A DNA stretch of 63,447 nucleotides, the filler included, from Octopus bimaculoides (Eukaryota): NCBI RefSeq assembly GCF_001194135.2. It is 6 parts of 6 records of this genome, joined end to end, with 100 filler letters (N's around TTAATTAATTAA, not from the genome) between each part and the next. Parts side by side here need not be neighbours in the genome. Positions count along the whole stretch, not along the records: positions 1 to 25,830 come from NC_068984.1; 5 more parts are not named here. One strand, written 5' to 3'. A program made the translations under genes and the position numbers. Every line of letters begins with the position of its first letter. The first letter of the stretch is position 1. The notes beneath the pieces were generated by a model. That model was not told the origin of the DNA, searched no databases, and was given only the letters and a program-made list of their open reading frames with translations. Shown here piece by piece: positions 1 to 12,985 of the stretch.

Positions 1-381
1 CTACTTGACCATTCAAATGTTGATGTGATATATCTCGACTTTGCAAAAGCCTTTGACAAAGTTGATCATGGCTTGATATGTCACAAGCTGCAAAACCTTG
101 GCATAGCTGGTAAATTAGGAGAGTGGCTGCATGACTTCCTGAATGGTAGAAGTCAGACAGTTGCAGCCAATGGAGAACTATCTAGGGAAACACAAATATT
201 GAGTGGTGTTCCACAAGGAACTGTTCTGGGGCCACTACTGTTCATAGTGGCCCTTCTGGACATGCCCACGGTCACTCGAAGAGCCACTGTCACTAGCTAT
301 GCTGATGACACAAAGATATCTCATGCAATAAAGAATCCTGATGATATTGTAAGCCTGCAGAATGACCTAAATGCAATATAT
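1..381 (+). mobile_element. CR1/L2-group non-LTR retrotransposon reverse transcriptase fragment (enters from window edge, broken off at about 381)
   Basis: Frame 1 reads LDFAKAFDKVDH, SGVPQGTVLGPLLF, YADDTK and LQNDLNAIY, all LINE RT motifs; the sequence after 381 is unrelated AT-rich DNA. Confidence 0.9.
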
Positions 382-469
382 GTTTTTATATTTGTTACAT
401 TAAGTTATTTTTATAAATATTGTTTTTTATTACGCATGTTTTTATGCGTATGTTGATCATATCAGATAT

Positions 470-620
470 TGGTTTCAAACTTTGGTATAAGGCTAGCAAA
501 ATCAGGAGAGGGGATAAATCGATCACATCACCTCCAGTGTTTAACTGGTGCTTAATTTATCGACCCTGAAAACATGAAATTGCAAAGGCAACCTCAGCGG
601 AATTTGAAGTCAGATGAAAT
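470..620 (-). mobile_element. SINE family A fragment
   Basis: Reverse-complement matches to the tctgagttcaaattccgccgagg and gtcgataaattaagtaccag blocks of the better copies (e.g. 37135-37371). Confidence 0.7.
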
Positions 621-1308
621 ATCAAAAAATTTGAAGGATTAGGAAATAGGAAGAAATTAGGAAATAAGAACAAATCGGAAATTCAAACAGCTTGTTCTCG
701 TATTCTGTGTTGTTAAGAAGGTGTTCTGATATACAAATTCATAAACATGCATATACGAATAAACAACATACAAGTACAAACGTCAAGTAACTCCCAAAGA
801 AGGTACACAAATTATACACGTTCATATTTGATAAACTTCTTTAGAGTATAACATAAGGAATTTCAGATATTTTGTACGTAAATACTTATTGGATTGTGAT
901 TAGGTATTATCTCTTTACTACTCCATGGACATAATTCGCGCGCACACCCCAAAATAACAGACATACGCACTAACACAGAAATATAATAGTCTCATACCAA
1001 TATACACACTGCCTCGAAGACATGCACATCAGAACTAAAAAAAAATAAAAGACACAATATATATTTGAGGATAACACAAATTAAAATTCGCATCATTCAC
1101 ATTGGCATCGATAAACGTTATAGATATAATACACTAGCGATTCCAGGATGCAGCGAAACCGTTCCTTCATTGGTCGTCAATGACCTTTAACTTTATTCTT
1201 TTTATTTATCTATTTACCTTCATTTCACCAATATTATTTATCAGTACTTTAATCCTAAATTATAAAAATCCTTCTTTTTCTCGTACAGCTCCCCAAAGCA
1301 ATATATGA

Positions 1309-1481
1309 CATATAACATATAACATATGAGCATATACCATATGAGCATATACCATATGAGCATATACCATATGAGCATATAGCATATGAGCATATACCAT
1401 ATGAGCATATAGCATATGAGCATATACCATATGAGCATATAACATATGAGCATATACCATATGAGCATATAACATATGCGC
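1309..1481. repeat. 15-bp minisatellite (CATATGAGCATATAC/G/A), about 11 units
   Basis: Directly visible tandem array; produces the repetitive MLICY/ICSYG/YAHM ORFs. Confidence 0.95.
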
Positions 1482-2094
1482 ACAATTTCCTTAAAATGAA
1501 TTCGTTCTTTTCTGTTTATATGAACATAAAAAATGGAATGAGTTAAAACATTAAAAACAAGATGTTTCCCCACGACGTAAAGGAAGATATGTTCTGAAGG
1601 GAAAGTCAAGTCAATATTCAGGGGAAAAACTGAATTCACAATGAATTTAAGTTTCGCACGTACACATACATACACACACACACATGCACATGCACACGCA
1701 TATATTCTGCCATACATTCTGTTCTGTCATTGGTGTGATCATATAGATATATACGTATATGCATGCGTTTAAATGCACGTAAGACATACATGTCTATATG
1801 TACACACACACTCATATATATATATNNNNNNNNNNNNNNNNNNNNNNNNNNNNNNNNNNNNNNNNNNNNNNNNNNNNNNNNNNNNNNNNNNNNNNNNNNN
1901 NNNNNNNNNNNNNNNNNNNNNNNNNNNNNNNNNNNNNNNNNNNNNNNNNNNNNNNNNNNNNNNNNNNNNNNNNNNNNNNNNNNNNNNNNNNNNNNNNNNN
2001 NNNNNNNNNNNNNNNNNNNNNNNNNNNNNNNNNNNNNNNNNNNNNNNNNNNNNNNNTATATATATGTATATACATATACATAAATACATACGCA

Positions 2095-2990
2095 TAAGGC
2101 TTCAAAGGCAGCTCCTTGAGCAACATTCCTTGTCTGATAACCGAAAATACATGGCCAAAGAAGTTGCACGTCTCTGCTGTGACATATCATATGAAAAGAA
2201 GACTATGCATGGATATGTCAGTAGAATGCTCTGAGATGATAGTTACATTGATCATCAAAGCAGTCTATTATAGACCAATAGCCGGATCACTAATTCCTAC
2301 TTTGAAGAGTACCCGTTTATAACCTAGGAACATAAAATATCAACCAAATACCTGATGCACAAATGGGACAGAGAAGCAAGAAAAGCAGTAAAATGTGACA
2401 ACCGATGCGGACTTTGTGGAGTTAACACCGAAGACGTCACCCACATAGAAAGTAGTTGTTCGAAAATTTCATCACGGTACTATCTACCGATGAGATATGA
2501 TGTTATAGTTTGGATATTCTCTAATGAAATCCGTCGGAATGATCACCCCAAGGACAAAGAATTAAGAACCCACAGTATGGTAGAAGCCATTGTCAATCAT
2601 AATAAAAAGGAGTACTGGTGGAATGTCCTAGTGAAGACCCCAATAAAATGTAAATACAACAGGACTGGTATAAGGATTTGGAATAGAGAAGAGAAACTGT
2701 ATTCAGTTGGGGAAATTAGTTATCCAGCAGATGATAACATAAAACTGAAGATCAGTGAAAAAGAGAATGTCTATGCTGAACTACTGAGAAATTTGCAGTT
2801 GCACTATCCAGTCTACAAGTTCATGGGTATACTTGTATTTATTGGGGCCCTGGGATATGTAACACACTGCCTAAATACCAATCTTGAGAAATTAGGCTTC
2901 TCAAAACCAGAAAGGAGAAAGCTAATTCGAAGACTACAGATCCAATCCATCCCTAGAGAAGTAAAAATCTGTAAAACTTACCGGAAGTGT
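2095..2990 (+). mobile_element. R4/Dong-like non-LTR retrotransposon 3' part (CCHC knuckle plus restriction-like endonuclease), degenerate
   Basis: ORF 2355-3011 has CGLCGVNTEDVTHIESSC, KYNRTGIRIW (degenerate PD motif), EISYPAD, KENVY and IGALG; upstream frames continue with frameshifts. Confidence 0.85.
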
Positions 2991-3044
2991 GTCATTTATA
3001 TACATATATGAGTATATCTATATATGCAAATATATGCATGAGAT

Positions 3045-3160
3045 TACGTAGATCGGGGAGATCAATCGGTACTTATTTAATTGACGCTGAGAGGATGAAA
3101 AGCAAAGTCGACCTCGGCTGAATGTGGAGCTCACAACATAGACGGACGAAATCTCTAATC
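3045..3160 (-). mobile_element. SINE family A fragment
   Basis: ggatgaaaagcaaagtcgacctcggc core in reverse orientation. Confidence 0.7.
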
Positions 3161-3251
3161 ATTAGGCTGACCTGGTTTCATTTTAAATATTTAAATATTC
3201 ATTTTACTCAAGGTGATAAGTTTTAATTTTCTTCTTTCCGTTGTATTGCAG

Positions 3252-3366
3252 AGTGCATAAAAGCATTCATGAGCACGGATACACTACTACATCACACTCT
3301 CACACACGCAAAAACACTTCATTCCCTTTACTCTGTCGGATACGTAGGGTGTTCGTTTTTGGTGAG
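3252..3366 (+). other. candidate spliced exon (coding or UTR)
   Basis: Long polypyrimidine acceptor ttttaattttcttctttccgttgtattgcag and donor AG|gtgaga; two frames open; no recognisable homology. Confidence 0.3.
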
Positions 3367-3971
3367 GTGAGAATTCTGTTTATTTATATATATTTTTGGT
3401 ACAATACTGTGCTGATGAACGAAATCTAGATTCATTCTAGTAATCGCGAAATCGGTCGATACACAGTTAAGTTTATTTAAAAGAAGGTAGGTAGGCTTCT
3501 GTTGGTTGTTTTTCCTCGCATTAGGTATTAAATGTGGTTATTTTGAGAAGTCCACTGTGTGCCGTTGTTATTTTTCTGTAATAATGCCCTTTATATAAAT
3601 ATAAACGAATAATTATATTCTTGGGAATAGAANNNNNNNNNNNNNNNNNNNNNNNNNNNNNNNNNNNNNNNNNNNNNNNNNNNNNNNNNNNNNNNNNNNN
3701 NNNNNNNNNNNNNNNNNNNNNNNNNNNNNNNNNNNNNNNNNNNNNNNNNNNNNNNNNNNNNNNNNNNNNNNNNNNNNNNNNNNNNNNNNNNNNNNNNNNN
3801 NNNNNNNNNNNNNNNNNNNNNNNNNNNNNNNNNNNNNNNNNNNNNNNNNNNNNNNNNNNNNNNNNNNNNNNNNNNNNNNNNNNNNNNNNNNNNNNNNNNN
3901 NNNNNNNNNNNNNNNNNNNNNNNNNNNNNNNNNNNNNNNNNNNNNNNNNNNNNNNNNNNNNNNNNATATAT

Positions 3972-4014
<43 letters not shown>

Positions 4015-5589
4015 TATATATGAACATATGTACAATGAATCACCTTAAAATAATAATATTACATATCAAATGCTTCTACTTTAATTTATGATATAAAACG
4101 ACCGTCAGGCTCCCAGCCTTTCCTATTTCACTTTTTGCAGACCCACAATGCCTAATTAATTACTCTTCTGTTCTGTGAAAATTATAACTGTGTCACATAG
4201 TAGAAAGAAATGAACATCGAATTTAACAGTGATATATTGCCCAGGGTCTATTTATATTTCCTCTAGCTGAAGTTTAAAATGTGGCATTGAACGAGAATAC
4301 AATAGCAGAAACTCGAAATGGTATTTCTTCCGATTAGATTCGATCAATAAATAGAGAAGTAAATATATATCTTTTTGCCTGCCAGAATGGAACAAATTAA
4401 TTGACAGAAGCAATAATGCTCCTCAATTGATATACTGTCACGTTATTATCTTTAGACTATGAAATGTTTTTAAAACACACGAAGAAATAATGTCATGGAT
4501 GTCATAAAGAATATAGGATTTGGAAAATATATTGGAATTAATATAATATAGTGCATTAAATTAATTGGCTGACTGCCTTTTTTTATACAAAACATTCTAA
4601 ATAATTTTTCCTTTACTGCACTACAATCAATGAGATGAACTTTAATAATCGTACTGAGTATGTTTGAGGAAGATCCGGAGGAGGTGTTTTAATGACCCTT
4701 TTCCAAGACAAGGAAAATAAATCATTCTTGCACCAGCGAGGCACGCAAATCATGCTTTTTGTCGGATTGTAGAGTGTCCGCATAATGTGTATGACACAAT
4801 GAAACCCTAATTACATTTTGTTCTATCAGTCAATCCGACAGTGTGACACACATTCCTACAGTATCCACCCTGACTTCTGTGTAATCTAAAACAATATGTT
4901 CACTTCTATTTTTCTTCTTTTTTTTCTTCTTATTTTCAGTTTGATAAAGATAGCGACTAAATTTCGGGGCAATTTGGTAAATCTCCAACTCATGATTTCT
5001 ACTAAATATTGAATACCAAGCGGAACTAGTTGTTTTAGATGATTCTGCCATCTGCAACGCTTTTCTACATCAGTACACACAGACACACACAGTCATACAT
5101 AGACACACACGCACACATACAAACACACACACACACACATATTATTGTGTATGCATTACCGTGTGTCTGCGACCATATATATGAATATAAATGTGCTTAT
5201 TTTAACAATATTTGATAATTGAGTAGCCAGACTTCGGGGTCGATAAAATAAGCACCATTTGACCTCTTGGCTCGATTACATCGATATTGTCGGCCTTAAG
5301 CCAAAATTTGAAACAAGTGTTTGATAACTGATTCTGACTTTTGCCCTATTCACCACTGTCTGAGCAGTTCAGCCAAGAACTAAAATGAGCCACAACTATC
5401 AAATTCTAATGCAATAAACATATCTTTCTACTCTATCCAACGTACCCAATGAAGTTTCCGTTATGTAAAATGCATTATTTTACATATAAATGTAGATTTT
5501 ACGGACGATACTTGATGGCTTGCACACAAGTGAGAGAAAACAATATTATATGCAAACTTAAGATTAAAACATATCAAGTAAATTATGGT

Positions 5590-5960
5590 TTACTCCTAGT
5601 TGTCACCCTCAGCTGCTAGCGCAGCGTCAGGACGACTCCGAAATCTGGCGTATGCTTTCCTTACTGTGTCGATGGGAAAGAATTTAGAGCAGTTTCTTGA
5701 CTTTAGCAACCAAGTCGCACTTCCTGTTGCAGGTAGAGAGGTTGGTGCCTTTCTTAAAGGCGTCCCACACATGAACCGGGACGTTTTAGGATGCCAGAAA
5801 TTGGGTCTGCTAAATTCGTAAAAATTCTCCGACAACCACTTTTGACTCTTTCCGGCGCCATGGCGAGGAATCCAATCTTGTTGCCACACATATGGTGATC
5901 AAGCAACATTCCTATCCCAGCAGAGCTTGAACACCACCCCATCACCTTTAAATAGCCGTC
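5590..5960 (-). mobile_element. Tc1/mariner (DD37D/maT-like) transposase C-terminal fragment
   Basis: YVWQQD..RH...KSQKWLSENFYEF..PNFW and TVRKAYARFRSR..AAEGD; same family as 11710-12985. Confidence 0.85.
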
Positions 5961-6582
5961 TGAATTGAGCCTTAGGCCCTGTTCATAATTTATTTGTAAG
6001 GACTCTTATAGGCTTTACAGTGTCCTCAGCATTCATGTCTGTATTTTGAGACACTTTCATGCATCATCATGATACATGAAACTCTTTTCCAATATTCAGA
6101 AGAATTCTAGTTCTCGATGTCAGTAACCTCTATCTCAACTACAACTTTAACCCTTTTCAGTCTAATGCATTGATTGTTCACCAAAACATCGTGCTGTTCC
6201 TGAAAAAAAGGAAACATAAAATGCAGTCCGACTTCTCTGCACACATGCGCACGTACACACACACCCACACACACACACACACACACACGCACACACACAC
6301 ACATACACACGAGCACACATACACGAACACACTAACATATTTATCCCTGTCTTTTAAAAGCAAAGTAAAAGATTACATGCACATCCGCGATTGGCTGTAA
6401 TACATTCAAAAATTCTATATGTTCGTCGCGAGATTTCGGTAGTACGAAACTATATTTGAAACCATTTATTGAATCCGTTACACGTTGTAAATGAACGTAA
6501 CCTAACTGGTTTTAGAGCAGCTCACTGGACTACAATGCCGTAAGTCAGCACTTATTAAACTATATAAATCAAAGTATATTCT

Positions 6583-7700
6583 ATCAGGTCATTAACAATA
6601 AAATGTCCGTTTTGGGATTGTAAGTTTATATAACTTTATTTTAAGAAAAAGCCACACAGTTAAAGCATGCACCTAAATTATCAACACTGTTTCGCCATTT
6701 TATCGGTAGCTTATTTATGCCGGCTGCGAAGAATTCTGAAGTGCAAGAAGTGAACAAATCACAAAAAGCTTTTTTTCCATCTTTTACAGATTTGAAGTTC
6801 TTCCCTTGCAAAAAAGTTGTCTAATGCCTGGAAAACGTGTTAGTCAGTTGGTGCAAGGTCTGGTGAATATGGTGGATGACGGAGTACTTCCAAGTTCCTG
6901 TAACTTGAGTAGCAATTATTCTGTCACATGTGATCGAGTATTGTCCTGCAAGAGAATTGGCCTATCCCTATTAACCAATCTCGATTGTTTAATTGCAAAT
7001 TCACTCATCATTTCATCCAATTGGTTGATGTATATACATCTACTATAATTGACTTACCAGGTCTCATGGACCTGTAGTGGATGACACCAGTGCTGGACTA
7101 CCAAACTGACACCATTAGCATGTTTTAATGAATTTTCTATTTTGGATTTTTTTGGCACTCGTCTCTATTCAATTACCGTGCAGAACTCTTGCTATTGTTG
7201 AAAAGAATCCATTTTGATCACACGTGATACAATGCAAAAATGGTTCGCTTTTATGCTGTGACAGCAAATAACAGCAAGTTTCAAGACGACTTGTCATTTG
7301 ATGCTCTTTGAATTTGTAAGGGTACTTACTTGTCCAGCATTTTTACCTTGTCGGAATCGAAAATCAAACCTTGTTGCTAACTCACGCGTAGTTTGAGAAG
7401 TATTCGCTGCTACTACAGTTTTCAGTTCATCGATTATGTTATACTAGTACTGACATTCCCAGGAATAATTCCCGGCAGAAATTGAACTTGGAGCATAACG
7501 AAATATCGTAGTACATTTTGTTCGCCAGTTTAGAAATTGCACCAATTCAGCGCCTTTTTGATTTACTAAATCAAATATACTCTATATTACCATGGATTCT
7601 GTTAACAACATAACTTCAAGAGAAAATAGCCATTTGAATATAACGTTCAATAACGATGTGATCAAAATATTATTTTGCCTATTTGGTATTCAGAAATGTT
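6583..7700 (-). mobile_element. mariner (DD34D-type) transposon fossil
   Basis: Frameshifted minus-strand translation gives DELKTVVAANTSQTTRELA, RPILLQDNTRSHV and PYSPDLAPTD-like motifs; TIR-like tatcaggtc...atgtccg at 6583. Confidence 0.85.
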
Positions 7701-8085
7701 AAAATACCTGTCGGTTATCTGATGCAGCATTACATTTGTACCAATATGTTTACTCTTTATACATAGTGCATCCGAAAGAATGAAGGAGCCTTAACATTGT
7801 CATTTTGATAAAACAATATAGATGTTAATTAATTGATAATTTACCGAAATACATAAATGCTCAAGAGATATAAATTTGGTAATTGGCTTACAACTTCTCA
7901 TTGTTGTAATACTCATTGTTGTATTTCTCATAGATTCTACCAGAATATAAATAAATGTTACAGGAAATATGTCTTTCCGTAAATTAAAATGTTATTTCTG
8001 TCTAATTTATTTTATGTTTTATGTTTATATTCGTTTCTAATCTCAGTATATAAGTTCAGTGCTTAATTTATTTGGAACGACTAAA

Positions 8086-8089
<4 letters not shown>

Positions 8090-8154
<65 letters not shown>

Positions 8155-8177
8155 NNNNNNNNNNNNNNNNNNNNNNN

Positions 8178-8248
<71 letters not shown>
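8090..8248. repeat. (CT)n microsatellite spanning a small gap
   Basis: Direct inspection. Confidence 0.95.
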
Positions 8249-8252
<4 letters not shown>

Positions 8253-9950
8253 CCCATCTATATATATATATATTCTCAGGAGTTATTTTATTGTTGTATT
8301 TAACAACGTGCAGATTTAGAAACAACGTATTAATTAATTCCACATATAGCGTCCTTTTATAAAACCTCTTCCATTTGGCATTAATGAATATATGTTACCG
8401 ATTGAATATTTCATTCGTCTTTGTTCCAATATAAGATATTGAAATTCTACTTTGTTAATGTCTAATTAAATTGCTTGTATTTACTTCGATTTTAATCTTG
8501 GAGACACCTTTTGTATATAGTGATTACTATAAACATATCATTTGAAAATTAATGAATTTTTCTACTTTGAAAAAGTTTAACATAGTGTATAATCCAATTT
8601 ATCCGACGGTTATTTTTTCCGACTGTCTACAGACTCTGCCACCAGTAATGATAATGGAAATTTCAAATAAAGATGCAAGGCTGGAAGAAATTATCACTTA
8701 GTCGTTCAACGAAATAAACAAATATTTCAAGATATATGTTGTATCTATCCATCTACATATATATATATATATATANNNNNNNNNNNNNNNNNNNNNNNNN
8801 NNNNNNNNNNNNNNNNNNNNNNNNNNNNNNNNNNNNNNNNNNNNNNNNNNNNNNNNNNNNNNNNNNNNNNNNNNNNNNNNNNNNNNNNNNNNNNNNNNNN
8901 NNNNNNNNNNNNNNNNNNNNNNNNNNNNNNNNNNNNNNNNNNNNNNNNNGATCGAGAGTGGTAAGAAGACAGAGAAAATAGATAGATAGATAGATAGATA
9001 GAGAGACAGACAGACAGACAGACAGCCAGAGATAGATAGGTAGGTAAATAGATAAATAGATCTAATGATTCTGTAAGCAATTATAGTCAAATATATTCAC
9101 TATATTTACATTTTGTTTAATAAACAACACGCTCTCATCTGGCAAAAATATTATCGCCTAAACTATCATCAGCTCAAAGGGAAAAGCATAGGCTATAACC
9201 TTAGTCAACACGATGGAAATAAAAGATATATGCAACATGGAAACTGAAAAAAGAGTATCGATAACAATAGGTGTATTTCGTATTACTTTATTATATGATT
9301 TTACTGATTTAAGCGCTCGTTAATGTCGGATACAATTCTGCATGATATTTCTTATGACTCTCTACGTTTCATATATCTTCAGAGTCGATGAATAATTTTC
9401 CAGGTTCAAGCCGGTGGATTTGTAGAATGATAGAGCGTTGGATGCGATTTATTGTGGTATTAGTGTGCTTCTATGCTTTCGGAGTTTAAAATCCACTTGC
9501 TGTCATCGGATTTCTACTGATATAACTCCGCATCATACAATATTGTGTATAATTTCAAAACAACATTTCAATCATATCAATGGAAATAAACGAGCGAATA
9601 CTGAACTAAAAATAGATTTTACGCAAGGGCAGAAGAACACTGATTCAAGTCATAGAAATTTAGTTTTAGAGGAGCATACTTTCAATAATACTTTATTACA
9701 TCTTTTTCCATATTTATGTGGTCATAATTTTTTAGCTCTTGTTTTTCGAACATTAAAATATATTTATATAAAGCAAAATTAGCACGCACAGGACTTAAAT
9801 GACGAGGAAGCAAATGCCACACAGTCGTTTTATCAAACTCTCTCCCAGGTCTGTTATTTATACCCTTTAATGAAGAGGTGAAGCCAAAATAAAACCTGAA
9901 GCATGAGGGCTCAGCATTTTACTGAGTAGACAGAAACAATAATCATGATA

Positions 9951-10325
9951 TGTCGTTGGCACTCCGTCGCTTACGACGTCGAGGGTTCCAGTTGATCCAA
10001 TCAATGGAACAGCCTGCTCGTGAAATTAACGTGCAAGTGGCTGAGCACTCCACAGACACGTGTACCCTTAACGTAGTTCTCGGGGATATTCAGTGTGACA
10101 AGGCTAACCCTTTGAATTACAGGCACAATAGAAACAGGATGTAAGAGTGAGAGAAAGTTGTGGTGAAGGAGTACAGCAATGTTCGCCACCATCCCCTGCC
10201 GGAGCCTCGTAGAGCTTTAAGTGTGTTTGCTCAATAAACACTCACAACGCCCGGTCTGGGAATCGAAACCGCGATCTTACGACCGCGAGTCCGTTGCCCT
10301 AACCACTGGACCATTGTGCCTCCAC
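9951..10325 (-). mobile_element. tRNA-derived SINE family C, near full length
   Basis: Minus-strand head gtggaggcacaatggtccagtggttagggc...ggtttcgattccc with A and B boxes; second copy at 46963-47090. Confidence 0.85.
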
Positions 10326-10668
10326 AATCATGATAGGTGCAGTGCATAATTCACACAATACGCTATCAATTTGTTAACAAAAGATGTGAGGGAAAAAAAC
10401 ATGCATCACTTTAATATTAATCTAATAAATATTAAGCGATATAATTGCCGAGAGACTAGATGGTTAACTTTTCACTCGCACATGACATTGTATAGAGTAA
10501 GATAGAGAGAGACGTGAAAAGTAAGATAGAGAGAGAATATAAAACATAAAATGAATGTACTTAATATGCACGGTGCCAAGCAAGGAGCAAAAGAATGCTA
10601 CACACAGAGAGTGAGGTAAAATAAACATAGGGGCTATGTAGGAGAGACGATTAAATTTCAGAGGAATA

Positions 10669-10873
10669 TGCGAAAGGGTGATGAAATATTCCCGGCTCTG
10701 GGTAAAAGAAAAATGCACGAAGATCAGTTAATTATTATTTTGTTCAATATAATCTCTGCTCAGATTCACAGACATGTAGCAGCGGTCCTTCAGTATCTCA
10801 AAAACCTCAAAGAGAACTTCAAGGGCCTTTTTCAATAACCTTAATGTCAGAATTTCTTCAGCATCTGCGCGTA
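10669..10873. mobile_element. mariner-derived MITE (about 205 bp)
   Basis: Degenerate TIRs tgcgaaagggtgatgaaatattcc / cagaatttcttcagcatctgcgcgta; interior encodes a mariner C-terminal remnant (DRCYMSVNLSRDYIE on minus). Confidence 0.6.
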
Positions 10874-11424
10874 TATTATTCTTTTGGAAATTTTACTAAT
10901 CATTTTGGATAAGTACCTAGACATTTGATAGAAGTTAAATTACGATTGCATATTTAGCATATTCCCTGATATTACCCATTGTGGCAACAATATACTTCCA
11001 AATGTATCCGTCACATGACGATCGTACCCTAATTTTATATATTGCTTAATAAAAACGTAGGATAAATTACATGTTAAATAATTTACAGAGTTACGTAGCA
11101 ATACTATAAATCATTTTGCAACCAATAAGTGCATCGTAATGTGAAATTACTAAAATTTACAACCTAATAAATGCTACTAACGAATCCAATTTTTGCAACA
11201 CTGGCAAAAGTTACTGCTTCACATATTTCAAGAATTTAGATTGTATCTCTCGGTGCAACAGCCATTGTTTAGAAAACTGAAATCTTATACATTCAAATAG
11301 TAGTAATAATAATTCCGCATAAAGATTTCTTACTAAGAAACGGCGTTAATGAAGTTATAATCGGTCTTCCATATAATCACTCTTCTACAAGAAACACAAA
11401 ATTTCCATTCAGTAGCACAAAAGA

Positions 11425-11606
11425 AAATATCGGTAAAAAAGTATAAAGAATGCATGAGATACTTTGCTTTGCATTTTATTTTTTATATGAGCCCTGCATC
11501 AGTCCTCCAGTTTTCTAAGCGCTGTATAAGAACTCGAAATGTTGGGCCTTCAACAAAACCTTCAGTGATACACTTAAAGCCAGAAGCTTTTCAAAACGTC
11601 CTCGTA
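11425..11606. mobile_element. mariner-derived MITE fragment
   Basis: Ends in cttttcaaaacgtcctcgta (mariner TIR, TA target); interior similar to 10669-10873. Confidence 0.5.
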
Positions 11607-11709
11607 CACACGAAGTTCTCAAACTGATTATTTTCTGCATAATTTAAATTTTAAATTGTACTGTATAACGATACACAAACAAAATCACGTGAATCTGTAT
11701 ATATATGTA

Positions 11710-12985
11710 AAGGCCGTTCGGGCTAAATTTCGCAGTTTGAATAAAAGGAAAAGAAAATGCAATATCCCATCCATAATTATGAATATTTTAAAAATCCAAA
11801 GATTATCAAATTATGGGTGGTATTACCCCAATAGTCACCTTCAACTTTCTGCAAAGCCTCAATACGGCTCAGGAATCTGGTGCATGTGTTCAATACTGTT
11901 GCCCTGGGAGGATCTTCAAACACCTCCCTGACGTTGGCCTACAGTTCAGCTTCGGTATTGTAGGTAATGCGGTTGGTGTCTTTCTCAACAACATCCGACA
12001 CATATTAAACCATCGGATTACAACTGGGAAATTAAGAGACCACAAATTGGGCCTGGTGAAGTCGTAAACATTCTCCGATAACCTATTTCTGACTCTTTCC
12101 AGGCGTATGGAAGGAGCCGATTTCTGCTGGTACATGTATTGCCACATCCTCCAGCCTCTGTTTCACCATAATTTTCAACAGCTTCGCTTAGTCGTCTTTG
12201 CGTAGCCGTCCCATGTTCAAAGGCATGGGACGGCATGATTGAAGATATAGTCAAAGGCCATTACAGTTTGCGGGAACTTGGTTTTTATGACTTATGGTAC
12301 ATCACACGGACTGTAGGCAAACGCATTGTGCTGGTGGCTCTGGTCAACCGTATTGTGCTGGTGGCTCTGGTAGAAGTGCTTTTGATCTGAAAAAAAAACC
12401 AGATCATCCCTGACTCAAAATATTATTTCAGTCTAATGAGGAGCTATTTTGCCAGTGCTAAGCAGTTCTTCTTGACTTTGGCTGTGAGAATTTGCCTCAC
12501 AGCCTCTTGTATGAGTGGAACTGAAGGTCGTCATTCAGAACGTATTTCATGCTGAGGAATCCAACACACGTCTCTCATACCAAATTCCGTATTATCATGC
12601 ACAGATATTCCATCACCTTCTGGCGCAGTTGTTGGATGGATTCCTGCGCGTGGACACAGCGAGAACGCCTACTGTGTCCTTTCCTGCTCTATCCCACGTA
12701 GCTTCATTTACAGCTGTCCTTGTCACATCTCACATTGGCTATTGTAATGGCTATTACAGTGTTCGCAGTGCATTGAGAAGCAGTCATGATGTCGACATTT
12801 TCATACACGGCACAAATCCTTCTGTTACAGTTAATACATTTCTAATACTCCTTGCCAGGTACGCTTTTCTTCACTACAACGTTAATCTTTATGCTTTCTA
12901 AGGCCAATTTGTGTTCACCAATACACCAAGCTCTAACAGCAGATAAGAGACATAAAATACCGTTATATTTAATCCGAAACCCCTG
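11710..12985 (-). mobile_element. near full-length degenerate Tc1/mariner (DD37D/maT-like) transposon
   Basis: 1.28 kb between TA-flanked imperfect TIRs (ta-aaggccgttcgggctaaat / ta-caggggtttcggattaaat); frameshifted transposase with IMPSHAFE, YQQKSAP, RLSENVYDFTRPNLW and EGDY. Confidence 0.85.

Noticed and set aside
4640-4815. Minus-strand open frame GFHCVIHIMRTLYNPT...
   Set aside because: Short, weak acceptor, no recognisable homology beyond a chance CxxH motif
6508-6518. GTTTTAGAGC resembling the Cas9 repeat/sgRNA start
   Set aside because: Single 10-mer, no array or cas genes, eukaryotic context
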